Below, piece after piece: positions 1 through 12,129 of a DNA stretch of 64,000 nucleotides. Position numbers and translations under genes: made by a program. This stretch comes from Polyangia bacterium. GTDB lineage: Bacteria > Myxococcota_A > Polyangia > JAHFDS01 > DATFWX01. The notes under the pieces are model-generated. The model was given only the letters and a program-made list of their open reading frames with translations. It did not search any database and was not told the origin of the DNA. The stretch lies in contig DATFWX010000142.1 in NCBI GenBank assembly GCA_035258845.1, forward strand, positions 2,706 through 66,705. The letters run 5' to 3'. How positions within the stretch are numbered: the stretch's first letter is position 1; each line of letters starts with the position of its first letter.

Positions 1-592
1 CCTGCGCGACCACGCGGCTCCAGTGATCGTCGGGCCGCGCGCGCAGCCACACGGTCACGAAGTGGCGTCTGAGCAGCCGGTAGGTGTCGCGCGCGGTCAC
101 AATCGAGCCTCCCGTGGCAACCACCGCCTGGGTCTGCTCGCGCACGAAGCGGGCCAGGGTCTCGCGCTCGAGGCGGCGGTAATAGGCTTCGCCATGCAGC
201 TCGAAGATCTGACCCAGGTCGAGACCGGCCACCCGCTCGATGAGCGCGTCCAGCTCGAAAAAAGGCACGCTCAGCCGGCGCGCCAGCTTGTGCCCGACCG
301 TGGTCTTGCCGGCCCCGCGCACCCCCAGAAGCGCGACCAGAGGCCCGCGCTCGGCCGCGCGCAGCCGGGCCTCGGCGTCCGCAAGCAGCTCGCCCGCGGT
401 CGTGCCGAGCGCGCCCGCGACCTCGGCCAGGCGGGCCACCGAGATGTTGCCCTGGCCGACCTCGAGCTGCGCGAGAAATCGCGTCGACAAGCCGCTCTGA
501 TCGGCCAGCCGCTCGCGGGTCAGCCCGATCGCCTCCCGCTTCTCGCGCACCTCGATGCCCAGATGGGCCAGCAACGAGGATCGTGCCACCAT
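1..592 (-). CDS. boxR: BzdR/BoxR-like transcriptional regulator (N-terminal XRE-type HTH fused to shikimate-kinase-like domain); 3' end runs off window
   Basis: Reverse-strand translation from ATG at 592 reads MVARSSLLAHLGIEVREKREAIGLTRERLADQSGLSTRFLAQLEVGQGNISVARLAEV... then ...VALLGVRGAGKTTVGHKLARRLSVPFFELD... (P-loop GxxGxGKT plus shikimate-kinase-like segment). It is divergent from boxC. It is not in the ORF track because it exits the window. Confidence 0.65.
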   Translation of the reverse strand, partial: MVARSSLLAHLGIEVREKREAIGLTRERLADQSGLSTRFLAQLEVGQGNISVARLAEVAGALGTTAGELLADAEARLRAAERGPLVALLGVRGAGKTTVGHKLARRLSVPFFELDALIERVAGLDLGQIFELHGEAYYRRLERETLARFVREQTQAVVATGGSIVTARDTYRLLRRHFVTVWLRARPDDHWSRVVAQ

Positions 593-598
593 GGTGGC

Positions 599-642
599 AG
601 AAATATAGTGCATGACCGCAGGGCCGTCAAGAAATATAGTGC
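599..642. promoter_or_regulatory. Two direct copies of AGAAATATAGTGC spaced 31 bp apart in the boxR/boxC divergent intergenic region; candidate operator sites
   Basis: Exact 13-mer at 599-611 and 630-642, lying between the divergent starts at 592 (minus) and 680 (plus). Confidence 0.3.
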
Positions 643-679
643 TTGCTCCCGGGAGCCGGTTGCGGTATCGATCGCAGCC

Positions 680-2269
<1,590 letters not shown>

Positions 2270-2271
2270 CC

Positions 2272-3705
<1,434 letters not shown>

Positions 3706-3720
3706 ACTATCGGCGGGCCC

Positions 3721-5628
3721 ATGCGCAGCTTGATTGCGGGGATCGAGGCCACGGCGGGCGGCCGGCTGGAGCAGGTGCTGAGGCGCCGCGGCCACGCCGT
3801 GACCATGGCGGCCGGTCTCGAGTCCGCGCTCGAAACCCACGAGCGCGAGCCGTACGTGCTCATCCTGATCGATCTGCGCGCCGGGCCGGCCGTGCTGGAG
3901 CTGTGCCGGCGCGTACGGGCGGCCGCGCACGGCAGCCGGCCCATCGTGGTGGCGCTGGTCAGCCGCACCTCGCCCGGTCTACTCGAGGGTGCGATCGACG
4001 CCGGAGTGGACGACTTCATGCCCTGGCTGCCCGACGACGCGCTGCTCGAGATGCGCGTGCGCCTGTACGAGCGTATCGCGGCCGATCGCGAGCGCCAGGC
4101 CAAGGCCGAGCGCGAGCAGCGCCACTCGCAGGAGTGGTTCCTGCAGGTATTCCGCGCCAGCCCGGCCGCGATGACCATCTCGACGGTTGCGGAAGGCCGG
4201 TTCATGGAGGTCAGCGACGCTTTCTTGGCCCTGTCGGGCTATCGGCGCCAGGAGATCATCGGCAAGAGCTCGCTGGAGCTCAGGCTGTGGGCCAACCCGG
4301 AGGATCGGCCGCGTGCGCTGCAGGCGGCGCGCGCGGGCGTGCTGCACAGCTTCGAGACCCAGCTGCGCCGGCACACGGGCGAGGTCCGGGAGACGCTGGT
4401 GGCGCTGCACATGCGCGATCTGGTCGGCCAACCGTGCCTGCTCGCGCTGTACTACGACGTCACCGAGCGCAAACGGCTCGAGGATCAACTGCGGCAGTCG
4501 CAGAAGATGGAGGCCATCGGGCGCCTGGCCGGCGGCGTGGCGCACGACTTCAACAACATCCTGACTGCCATCATGGGTTACTGCGAGCTTCTGCTGCTGG
4601 GCCTGGAGCCGGGCACCCAGCTGGCGCGCTCGGCCGAGCAGATCGAGCGGTCGGCCGAGCGGGCGACCACGCTGGTGCGGCAGCTTCTGGCCTTGGGTCG
4701 CAAGCAGGTCGTGCAGCCGGTGGTGCTCGATCTCAATGCGGTCATCGCCAGCCTGGGTGGCATGCTGCAGCGCCTCATCGGCGAGGATATCGCGCTCCAC
4801 ATCACTCTGGCGCCCTCGCCGGGCCGCATCCGGGCCGACCGCGGGCAGATCGAGCAGGTGCTCCTGAATCTGGTCGTCAACGCGCGCGACGCCATGCCGA
4901 AGGGCGGCCAGCTCCATATCGAAACCGCGGAGGCGCGGCTGGACGACCAGCAGCTGCTCGCGGCCGGGCTGGCGCCGGATGCCACCTACCTGATGCTGAC
5001 GGTCGCCGACACCGGCGTGGGCATGGATGCAGAGACGCAGGCCCACATGTTCGAGCCCTTCTTCACGACCAAGGAAAAGGGCAAGGGCACCGGTCTCGGG
5101 CTGTCGATGGTTTACGGCATCGTCGAGCAGAGTGGGGGCAAGCTGCTGGTGCGCAGCCGGCCCGGCGAGGGCGCGGTGTTCGAGGTGTTCCTGCCTCGGG
5201 TGGACGATGCATTGGAACCGGTCGCCGTGGAGGCGCCCGCAGCTCCGCCGCCGCGCGGCGACGAGACCATCCTTCTGGTCGAGGACGACGAGGCGGTCCG
5301 TGGTTTCGTGAGCGAGGTGCTGCGCTCGTTCGGGTATCGCGTACTGGCGGTTGGAGACGGGGCGGCGGCGCTGCGGGAGGCGGACCATCATACCGGGTCG
5401 ATCGAGCTCCTGCTGTCCGACGTGATCATGCCGCGCATGCATGGCTCCGAGGTGGCCGATCGGCTGATCACGCTACGGCCCGAGATGAAAGTGCTCTACA
5501 TGTCGGGCTACCCCGGCTCGGCCATCATGCGCCACGGTGTGTTGGAGTCGGGCCGGCACTTCCTGCAGAAACCGTTCACGGTGGACTCCCTGGCGCGCAA
5601 GGTGCGCGCGGTGATCGACGAGGCATGA
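3721..5628 (+). CDS. Hybrid sensor histidine kinase (N-terminal receiver, PAS, HisKA, HATPase_c, C-terminal receiver)
   Basis: Receiver: [17 protein letters not shown]: [32 protein letters not shown]-box: [19 protein letters not shown]-boxes: DTGVGMD...[12 protein letters not shown]-terminal receiver: [13 protein letters not shown]...[14 protein letters not shown]. Confidence 0.85.
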   Translation: MRSLIAGIEATAGGRLEQVLRRRGHAVTMAAGLESALETHEREPYVLILIDLRAGPAVLELCRRVRAAAHGSRPIVVALVSRTSPGLLEGAIDAGVDDFMPWLPDDALLEMRVRLYERIAADRERQAKAEREQRHSQEWFLQVFRASPAAMTISTVAEGRFMEVSDAFLALSGYRRQEIIGKSSLELRLWANPEDRPRALQAARAGVLHSFETQLRRHTGEVRETLVALHMRDLVGQPCLLALYYDVTERKRLEDQLRQSQKMEAIGRLAGGVAHDFNNILTAIMGYCELLLLGLEPGTQLARSAEQIERSAERATTLVRQLLALGRKQVVQPVVLDLNAVIASLGGMLQRLIGEDIALHITLAPSPGRIRADRGQIEQVLLNLVVNARDAMPKGGQLHIETAEARLDDQQLLAAGLAPDATYLMLTVADTGVGMDAETQAHMFEPFFTTKEKGKGTGLGLSMVYGIVEQSGGKLLVRSRPGEGAVFEVFLPRVDDALEPVAVEAPAAPPPRGDETILLVEDDEAVRGFVSEVLRSFGYRVLAVGDGAAALREADHHTGSIELLLSDVIMPRMHGSEVADRLITLRPEMKVLYMSGYPGSAIMRHGVLESGRHFLQKPFTVDSLARKVRAVIDEA

Positions 5629-5639
5629 GCGCGGAGGAT

Positions 5640-6995
5640 TCAGCGCGCGCTGGGCGCGCGGTCGTTTCGGTAGATCCAACCGTCTTTCATCACGAACAGC
5701 ACCCGCTCGGTGGCGCGAATGTCGCGGGTCGGATCGCCGGGCACGGCGACCACGTCGGCGATCTTGCCGGGCTCGAGCGTGCCCAGCCGGTCGGCCAGGC
5801 CGAGCAGCTGCGCGCCCACCGAGGTGGCTGCCTTGAGCGCGTCCAGCGGCTTCATCCCGAGCTGCAACATCTGCGCGAACTCCTCCGCATTGCGGCCGTG
5901 CGGGTAGACCGCTGCGTCGGTGCCGAATGCGATGCGCACCCCGCGTGCCAGCGCGCGCTTGAAGGTTTCGGAGCGGCGCGCCAGCGATGCCTGCGCCTTG
6001 CTCACGATCTGTGGGGGCATGTAGAGCGCGCGTGACAAGCGCTCGCCGATGCCGACGCCCGCCATCAGCGTGGGCACGAAATAAGTGCCCCTTGCGCGCA
6101 TGAGACCGAGCGCCTCGTCGTCGAGGAACGAGCCATGCTCGATGGAGTCGATGCCGGCACGGATGGCGCGCTTGGCGCCCTCGGCGCCGTGGGCATGGGC
6201 GGCCGCTTTGCGGTGCAGCGCGTGCGCTTCGTTGACCAGGGCGTCGAGCTCGGCCTGGGTGAGCTGAGGGGTGTCGACGTCGTCGCTCTCGGACAGCACG
6301 CCGCCGGTGGCGCAGGTCTTGATCACGTCGGCCCCGTACTTGAGATTGAAGCGAACCGCGGCGCGGATCTGGTCGGGGCCGTTGGCAACCCCGTCCTCGA
6401 TGCCGGTCTCGCGGCCGCGCGGCACGCCGTGACGCCAGCCGGTATCGTCGCAGTGGCCGCCGGTGGCGCCGATGGCATGAATCGACACCAGCATGCGCGG
6501 GCCCGGGATCTTGCGGTTTCGGATCCCGTTGCGCAGGCCGACGTCGATGAAGTGATCCGAGCCCAGATCGCGCACGGTCGTGAAGCCGGCCCAGAGCGTC
6601 TTGCGCGCGTGTTCGATCGCGTCCAGGGTCAGCTCCGGGACCGATTTCTTGAGCGAGTCGAGCTGGTCCTGCTTCCAGTCGTCCGAGGCCTCACCCGAAA
6701 GGTGCGTGTGCGCATCGATGAAGCCGGGCAGAAGCGTGACATCGCCGAGATCGATCACCTCGGCGCCGGGCGGGATGGAGGCGCTCTTGCCGATGGCCTG
6801 GATGCGGCCCTCCCGGACCACGAGCAGGCCGGGGCTGGTCAGCCCGGCGGATTGGCCGTCGTAGAGGCGAGTGGCCTTGAGCACCACAGTCTTGGGTGCC
6901 GGCGGCGGTGGCGGCGGCGCGGCGGCGGCCCAACTGCTGGCACCGGTCAGTGTCAGAGCGGCGAGGTACAAGGGAAGCTGGGGATGTGTGCGCAT
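5640..6995 (-). CDS. Secreted metal-dependent amidohydrolase family protein
   Basis: Signal peptide MRTHPQLPLYLAALTLTGASSWAAA, then PGFIDAHTHL (HxH metal site) and typical amidohydrolase length (451 aa). Convergent with the kinase. Confidence 0.75.
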   Translation of the reverse strand: MRTHPQLPLYLAALTLTGASSWAAAAPPPPPPAPKTVVLKATRLYDGQSAGLTSPGLLVVREGRIQAIGKSASIPPGAEVIDLGDVTLLPGFIDAHTHLSGEASDDWKQDQLDSLKKSVPELTLDAIEHARKTLWAGFTTVRDLGSDHFIDVGLRNGIRNRKIPGPRMLVSIHAIGATGGHCDDTGWRHGVPRGRETGIEDGVANGPDQIRAAVRFNLKYGADVIKTCATGGVLSESDDVDTPQLTQAELDALVNEAHALHRKAAAHAHGAEGAKRAIRAGIDSIEHGSFLDDEALGLMRARGTYFVPTLMAGVGIGERLSRALYMPPQIVSKAQASLARRSETFKRALARGVRIAFGTDAAVYPHGRNAEEFAQMLQLGMKPLDALKAATSVGAQLLGLADRLGTLEPGKIADVVAVPGDPTRDIRATERVLFVMKDGWIYRNDRAPSAR

Positions 6996-7086
6996 TTCGC
7001 CGGCATTGGAGCATCAACCCACCGGGGCCGCAAGACGCCGGGCCCCGCCGCCCTATTCACCACACGTGTGCTCATGGATCGCGCGC

Positions 7087-7566
7087 CTACGAGCCGCCTC
7101 CGCCTGCGATCGACGCGATGCTGGTCAAGAGCAGACCGACCACCGCCGCGAACCAGGCCAGCGCCGCCGCCCCGATCGCACAGACACGCCGCAGTCGCTG
7201 GCCGATCCGGCTGTCCTCGCCGGCTCGGTAAAGCAGCAGAGCCAGCAGGGCCAGCACCAGCGCGCCCGCCGCGCCCTGCTGCTTGAGCGCGAACAGCCGT
7301 CCCGCCCACCCGAGCGGGGCGGGCCCCCCATCGAGCGCGGGCAGCTGGAACACGGCCAGCTGCACGCGCACCCGGTAGACCGGGTACATCAAAGAGCCGA
7401 GCGCAAGCTGCCCAGAGACGAGCAGCGCGCCCAGGCGGGCATAGCGGCGGGATTGTGCGCGCAGCCTGGGCTGACCGAGCTCGCGCAGCACCCACACCGC
7501 ATGATGCGTGAGCGCTCCCACCGTGGCCAGGCCGACCGCCGCGTGCAGCAGCAAGAGCGCGCGCAT
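7087..7566 (-). CDS. Small hydrophobic membrane protein
   Basis: 159-aa ORF with several hydrophobic stretches (LLLLHAAVGLATVGAL..., ALVLALLALLLY..., AAVVGLLLTSIASIAGG). No recognisable motif. Confidence 0.4.
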   Translation of the reverse strand: MRALLLLHAAVGLATVGALTHHAVWVLRELGQPRLRAQSRRYARLGALLVSGQLALGSLMYPVYRVRVQLAVFQLPALDGGPAPLGWAGRLFALKQQGAAGALVLALLALLLYRAGEDSRIGQRLRRVCAIGAAALAWFAAVVGLLLTSIASIAGGGGS

Positions 7567-7647
7567 TCGGCGCGCAGCCTAACATGGCCAAGGGCCGGCT
7601 CGATCATCGACTTGCCGAACCGCGCCCAGGCAGGGCACCATGCGGCC

Positions 7648-8043
7648 ATGGCGGGCACCACGTACGGAATCACGTTCTCGCGCAGGCTGCGCGACGAGGG
7701 ACGGTATGAAGAGGCGGTCAGCGAGGCCGATCAGGCCGCCCGGCGCGACCCGTCGGATCCCGAGCCGATCTACGATCGGGCGGCGGCACTGTACTGCCTG
7801 GGCCGGTTCGAGGAATCCGTGAGCGCCTTTGCGCGCGCGATCGAGGTCGAGCGGACGGCCAATCTCATGGAGGAGGCGGTGCTCGACGACGATTTGTTCG
7901 AGACTTTGCGCAAGTGGGCCGAAGCCGAGCCGGCCCGCTGCCGGGACATCCTGGGCCGCTACGCCCAGCTTCTGCCGCAAGGCACGCACAAGGCCGACGT
8001 GGCCAAGTGGCTCAAGCACATCGAGAGTGATCCAAGGCGCAAG
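7648..8043 (+). CDS. Small TPR-like helical protein
   Basis: ATG at 7648 inside the long 6871..8046 ORF: MAGTTYGITFSRRLRDEGRYEEAVSEADQAARRDPSDPEPIYDRAAALYCLGRFEESVSAFARAIEV..., a TPR-like repeat. Its stop overlaps the next gene. Confidence 0.5.
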
Positions 8044-8081
8044 TGAGCGCAGCCGAGACGACGCTCCCCAACCGAAGCGCG

Positions 8082-9737
8082 ATGCGGCGCGCCGCGACCC
8101 TCCTCCTTGTGTCGAGCCTCGCCGCATGCGGATGCCGGCGCGCGCCCGATCGCTCGCTGACGATCATCGGAACCGGCGACCTGCACGGGCATCTGGAGGG
8201 CGACGGCGGCCAGGGTGGCGTGGCACTGCTCGGTGGCTACCTGCGCATCCTGCGGCGCACGCACAACGTGGTGCTGGTCGACGCGGGCGATCTGTTCCAG
8301 GGCACGCTGGAGTCCAACCTGACCGAGGGTGCACCGGTGGTGCGGGCCATGAACGCCCTCGGGTACGACGCGGCCGCGCTGGGCAATCACGAGTTCGACT
8401 ACGGGCCGGTCGGGATGGCTCCGGTCGCGCGGGCGCCCGGCGAAGACCCGCGGGGCGCGCTCAAGGCACGGGCACGCGAGGCGCGTTTTCCCTTTTTGGC
8501 CGCCAACGTGATCGACCAGGAGACCGGGCGCGCCATCGACTGGGATCATTTTCGAACGGCCGTCCAGATTTCGGTGGGTGGGGTCGCGGTCGGCCTGACC
8601 GGTGGCCCCACCCGCAACACGCCCACCACCACCAACGCGCTCAACCTGCGCGGCCTCCGCTTCGATCGGCTCGACGGGCCCATCCGTGAGCAGGCACTCG
8701 AGCTGCGGCGCCAGGGCGCCCAGGTGGTGGTCGCCGTCGTGCACGCAGGCAGCCGGTGCCGCAGCTACCAGAAGCCTGACGATCTCAGCTCGTGTGAGAC
8801 CGATACGGAGCTATTCGAGCTGGCGCGCGCGTTGCCGGCCGGCCTGGTCGACGTCATCGTGGGCGGGCATACCCACGCCGCGGTGGCCCATCGATGGGGC
8901 TCCTGTGCGATCATCGAGGCCTGGTCCAAGGGCAAAGGTTTTGGGCGCGTCGATCTCGTGATCGACGGCCGTACGCAGCGCGTGAAGTCGAGCACCATCT
9001 GGCCGCCCCATGCCATGGCCGCCGGCGAGATTTACGAGGGCAGCCGAGTCGAGCCCGACCCGAGCGTGGCGGCCACGTTCGCGGAGGATCGGGCGCGGGT
9101 GGCCGCCCTGCGCGCACGTTCGCTCGGGGTTCTGGTGTCCGAGCGCCTCTGGCCCAGCTACGAGGTCGAATCGCCCCTCGGCAACCTGATCGCCGATCTG
9201 GAGCGGGCGGCGGTGCCGGGCGCTGACTTTGCAATTTACAACGGCGGCGGTTTGCGTGCCGAGCTGCCGGCGGGGCCGCTCACGTACGGCGCGCTGTACG
9301 AGGTGCTGCCGTTCGACAACCTGCTGGCCGTCATGACCTTGCGCGGCGCCACTCTGCGCGCGCTCCTGGCCTCGAACTATGGGGGTGGCGGACATGGCTT
9401 CTTGAGCATCTCGGGGCTCAAGGCACGCTGCCATTGCGAGGGCGGGCAGGTCCGGCTCGAGCTGACCGGGACGGACGGGGCTCGGCTCGACGATGCGCGC
9501 AGCTACCGTCTGGTCACCAGCGACTTTCTGGCCAACGGTGGCGACGGCTTCCAGAGGGCGCTCGCCGATCCGGCGACCAAGGTCGAGATCCTCTGGCAAC
9601 GGCCGCCCCTCCATGACCTTGTGGCCGAGAGCCTGGAGCATCGAGGCGGCACGCTGCGGCCGAGCGATTATCTGGACCGCGCCCACCCGCGCGCGCAGCT
9701 CCCGGGCCCGCGACCCATTTGCCGCAAAACAGAGTAG
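8082..9737 (+). CDS. Bifunctional metallophosphatase / 5'-nucleotidase lipoprotein (UshA-like)
   Basis: Lipoprotein signal MRRAATLLLVSSLAACGC, then GTGDLHGHL, GDLFQG and GNHEFDYG metallophosphatase motifs, plus the C-terminal 5'-nucleotidase domain. Confidence 0.8.
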   Translation: MRRAATLLLVSSLAACGCRRAPDRSLTIIGTGDLHGHLEGDGGQGGVALLGGYLRILRRTHNVVLVDAGDLFQGTLESNLTEGAPVVRAMNALGYDAAALGNHEFDYGPVGMAPVARAPGEDPRGALKARAREARFPFLAANVIDQETGRAIDWDHFRTAVQISVGGVAVGLTGGPTRNTPTTTNALNLRGLRFDRLDGPIREQALELRRQGAQVVVAVVHAGSRCRSYQKPDDLSSCETDTELFELARALPAGLVDVIVGGHTHAAVAHRWGSCAIIEAWSKGKGFGRVDLVIDGRTQRVKSSTIWPPHAMAAGEIYEGSRVEPDPSVAATFAEDRARVAALRARSLGVLVSERLWPSYEVESPLGNLIADLERAAVPGADFAIYNGGGLRAELPAGPLTYGALYEVLPFDNLLAVMTLRGATLRALLASNYGGGGHGFLSISGLKARCHCEGGQVRLELTGTDGARLDDARSYRLVTSDFLANGGDGFQRALADPATKVEILWQRPPLHDLVAESLEHRGGTLRPSDYLDRAHPRAQLPGPRPICRKTE

Positions 9738-9792
9738 ACTCGCGAGCCATGGGCGAGCCGCGAGGGAACAAAATGAGCGGCCAAGGAATCAG

Positions 9793-10755
9793 ATGACGAA
9801 CGATCGTCTGCCTGCGGTCGGCCAGCGCGTGATCGCGTTTCATCCGCTCGCACGTGCATGGCGGCCGGCCACCGTGCTGGCCGTGCAGCCGCCCGAGACC
9901 GTCAAGGTCAACTTCATGTTTTACGCGATGAGCGAGAACATTGCCGAGTTCCAGGCGTCCGACCACACCGTGCGCTGGCCCGAGGAGGTGGAGCCGCTCG
10001 ACGAGGCGGCCGATTTTCTGCTGGCGCGCGGGGAGTCGCCGCGCGCGCAGGCCTGGCGCGCGATGCTGTTCTCGCTGACTCTGGCCGACCCGCGCATCTA
10101 CGGCGAGCGTCGCACGGCCAAACATCTGGATCCGGACAGCGTCGGTGCGGACGATCTGTACGCGCTTCTGGTGGCGGCGATGCTCGACGCCGACACGCGC
10201 ATTCCCGGCGGCGCGGCGCTCCTGGTGCGGCTGCGCTCGCAGTGCGCGGACTTCGATCCGCGCAAAATGGTCGAGCTCACCGAGAAAGAGATCGAGGCCG
10301 CGCGGCGGGTCATGCCGTCCCCCCTGCGCGCGCGTGTGCTGTTCTCGAATGCCAAGAAATTTCTCGAGCTCGACGAAAAGCCCGGCGGCTTCCGGGGCTG
10401 GCTGGCGCGCGCGGGCGATCCCGTGAACGCGCTGTGCGAGGCCTTCCACCGGCTGGAGCCGCGCGCGGCCGTGCTGTTTCTGCGTTACCTCGGCATCGAC
10501 GTCATCGCGCCCGACGATGCTCTGGCGCGAGTGGCGCTGCGGCTGCTGTGGACGCGGCCGGGCGCACAGGCGGCCGACGTGCGGCGCGCTTACGAGGAGC
10601 TGGCCCAGGCCGTCGGCGACCACCCGGGGCTGGTCGATCTGACCGTACGCCGGTTCGCCGACGCGGTGTGCCGCGAGGAGCCCGACTGTCTCCATTGCGC
10701 GATGCCGGCCTGTCCGGCCCGGCAGCACGAGGCATCGATTGGACTTCCGGGTTAG
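9793..10755 (+). CDS. Hypothetical protein with C-terminal 4-Cys cluster (possible HhH/EndoIII-like Fe-S loop)
   Basis: ATG 9793: MTNDRLPAVGQRVIAFHPLARAWRPATVLAVQPPETVKVNFMFYAMS... The C-terminus reads CREEPDCLHCAMPAC (C-x5-C-x2-C-x4-C). Coding-like GC3. No confident family assignment. Confidence 0.5.
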   Translation: MTNDRLPAVGQRVIAFHPLARAWRPATVLAVQPPETVKVNFMFYAMSENIAEFQASDHTVRWPEEVEPLDEAADFLLARGESPRAQAWRAMLFSLTLADPRIYGERRTAKHLDPDSVGADDLYALLVAAMLDADTRIPGGAALLVRLRSQCADFDPRKMVELTEKEIEAARRVMPSPLRARVLFSNAKKFLELDEKPGGFRGWLARAGDPVNALCEAFHRLEPRAAVLFLRYLGIDVIAPDDALARVALRLLWTRPGAQAADVRRAYEELAQAVGDHPGLVDLTVRRFADAVCREEPDCLHCAMPACPARQHEASIGLPG

Positions 10756-10798
10756 CGTTCCTGAATAGACGCGGGCCCCGGATCGTCCCACAATCAAG

Positions 10799-11353
10799 AT
10801 GGTGCTGGTTCTTCTCACTGCCCTGTTTTCGACGCCCGATCCGGGCTGCGTCGTGTGGCTGTCGACCGAGGAGCACACCCAGTACGGGGTCCACGTGCGC
10901 GTCGAGACCACGGTCGAGGCTCCGGTCGCCGAGGTGCTGCGCGCGCTCGAGGACTTTGAGCACTACCCGGAGTACATGCCGCGTGTGCGGCGCGCCCAGC
11001 GGCGGCCGGGCGGCATCGTTTACACCGAGATCGCCTCGCCCTGGCCGCTCAAGGACGTCTGGTTCGTGGCGCAGGTCAAGCGCGAGCAGGTACGCGATGG
11101 CTTCGTGCTGTCGTGGAAGATGCGCGACGGCAACATCCGGCAGAACGATGGCGCCTGGTGGATCTCCGAGCTGCCGGGCGGCCACACCCGCCTGCGCTAT
11201 GAGGGTACGGTGGCGCTCTTTCACGTGATCCCGCCTCTGCTCCTGCGCATGGTCGAGCAGCGCGAGCTGCCAAAAGTCGTGCAGGCAGTGCGCGTGCGCG
11301 CGACCCGCGGCGGCCCCCTGCAGTGCCGGGAGACGCAGGTCCAGGGATTTTGA
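10799..11353 (+). CDS. SRPBCC-family (polyketide cyclase/dehydrase, START/Bet v1-like) protein
   Basis: 184 aa. HVRVETTVEAPVAEVLRALEDFEHYPEYMP... and WKMRDGNIRQNDGAWWISELPGGHTRLRYEGTV match the SRPBCC ligand-binding fold pattern. Confidence 0.7.
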   Translation: MVLVLLTALFSTPDPGCVVWLSTEEHTQYGVHVRVETTVEAPVAEVLRALEDFEHYPEYMPRVRRAQRRPGGIVYTEIASPWPLKDVWFVAQVKREQVRDGFVLSWKMRDGNIRQNDGAWWISELPGGHTRLRYEGTVALFHVIPPLLLRMVEQRELPKVVQAVRVRATRGGPLQCRETQVQGF

Positions 11354-11381
11354 ACATTTGTAGGGCAGCGCCGGCACCGGC

Positions 11382-12125
11382 TTGCGAGCGCAGTCGGTTC
11401 CGGATAGCCTGCCGGCCGTGGAGATTCGCATTCGCGGATATCGGAGCCGGCGCAGCCTGGTCACGCTGCCGCGGGCGCTGGTGGTGCTTGCGCTGTTGGG
11501 TCTGGGGATCTGGAAGCTGGGGCCGCGTCTGCGCGGGCGCAAGGTCAGCGCCACGGCGCAAGCGGCGTCCGGGGTCGCGTCGCGGGGGAGCGCGCCCACT
11601 CCGGCCACTCCGCTCGCGGACGCTGCGCCCTCGGCTGCCCCTGCAGCCATCGCTCCGGGCGCTCCGTCGGCCCCTGCCCGAGCAGCCGCGCCGCCGCCCG
11701 CGCTCGCACCGCCGGCGCCGCCGGTGCCGGCCGTGGACGAGGTCCGAACCGACATCGTCGCGCTGGGCCCCGTGATCGCGCAATCGACGGGTGACTTCGA
11801 TCGGCTCCGCGCCGACGTGACCAGCGCTCTGGCCGGCGGAGCGGCCGGCTTGACCAAGCTGCACGACTACCCATACAAGGTGCAGCTCCTGGGAGCCGCG
11901 GTCGATCATGTGCCCGTGCGCAGCCTGGAAGCGCGCACCTTCCAGACTCGCTACACGAGGATCCTCTACGATGCCAGCCGACAGCTGGCTGATTTGTTGC
12001 GCATCGCACGCAAGGGCGCGCAAGCGCCCGAGGTTGTCGCGCGCAAGGCAAGCTTCGACAAGACCAGCGAGACGCTCCAGGGATTCGGGCACGACTGGAC
12101 CGCCTTCAGTAAGAAGTACCGCTAA
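11382..12125 (+). CDS. Hypothetical membrane-anchored protein with Pro/Ala-rich linker
   Basis: TM segment LVTLPRALVVLALLGLGIW, a long PA-rich low-complexity linker, and a C-terminal helical domain. Coding-like codon bias. Confidence 0.5.
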   Translation: MRAQSVPDSLPAVEIRIRGYRSRRSLVTLPRALVVLALLGLGIWKLGPRLRGRKVSATAQAASGVASRGSAPTPATPLADAAPSAAPAAIAPGAPSAPARAAAPPPALAPPAPPVPAVDEVRTDIVALGPVIAQSTGDFDRLRADVTSALAGGAAGLTKLHDYPYKVQLLGAAVDHVPVRSLEARTFQTRYTRILYDASRQLADLLRIARKGAQAPEVVARKASFDKTSETLQGFGHDWTAFSKKYR

Positions 12126-12129
12126 GGCG

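Noticed and set aside
3979-5442. 487-aa minus-strand ORF
   Set aside because: It runs antisense to the hybrid histidine kinase gene, and its translation is low-complexity with no recognisable motif.
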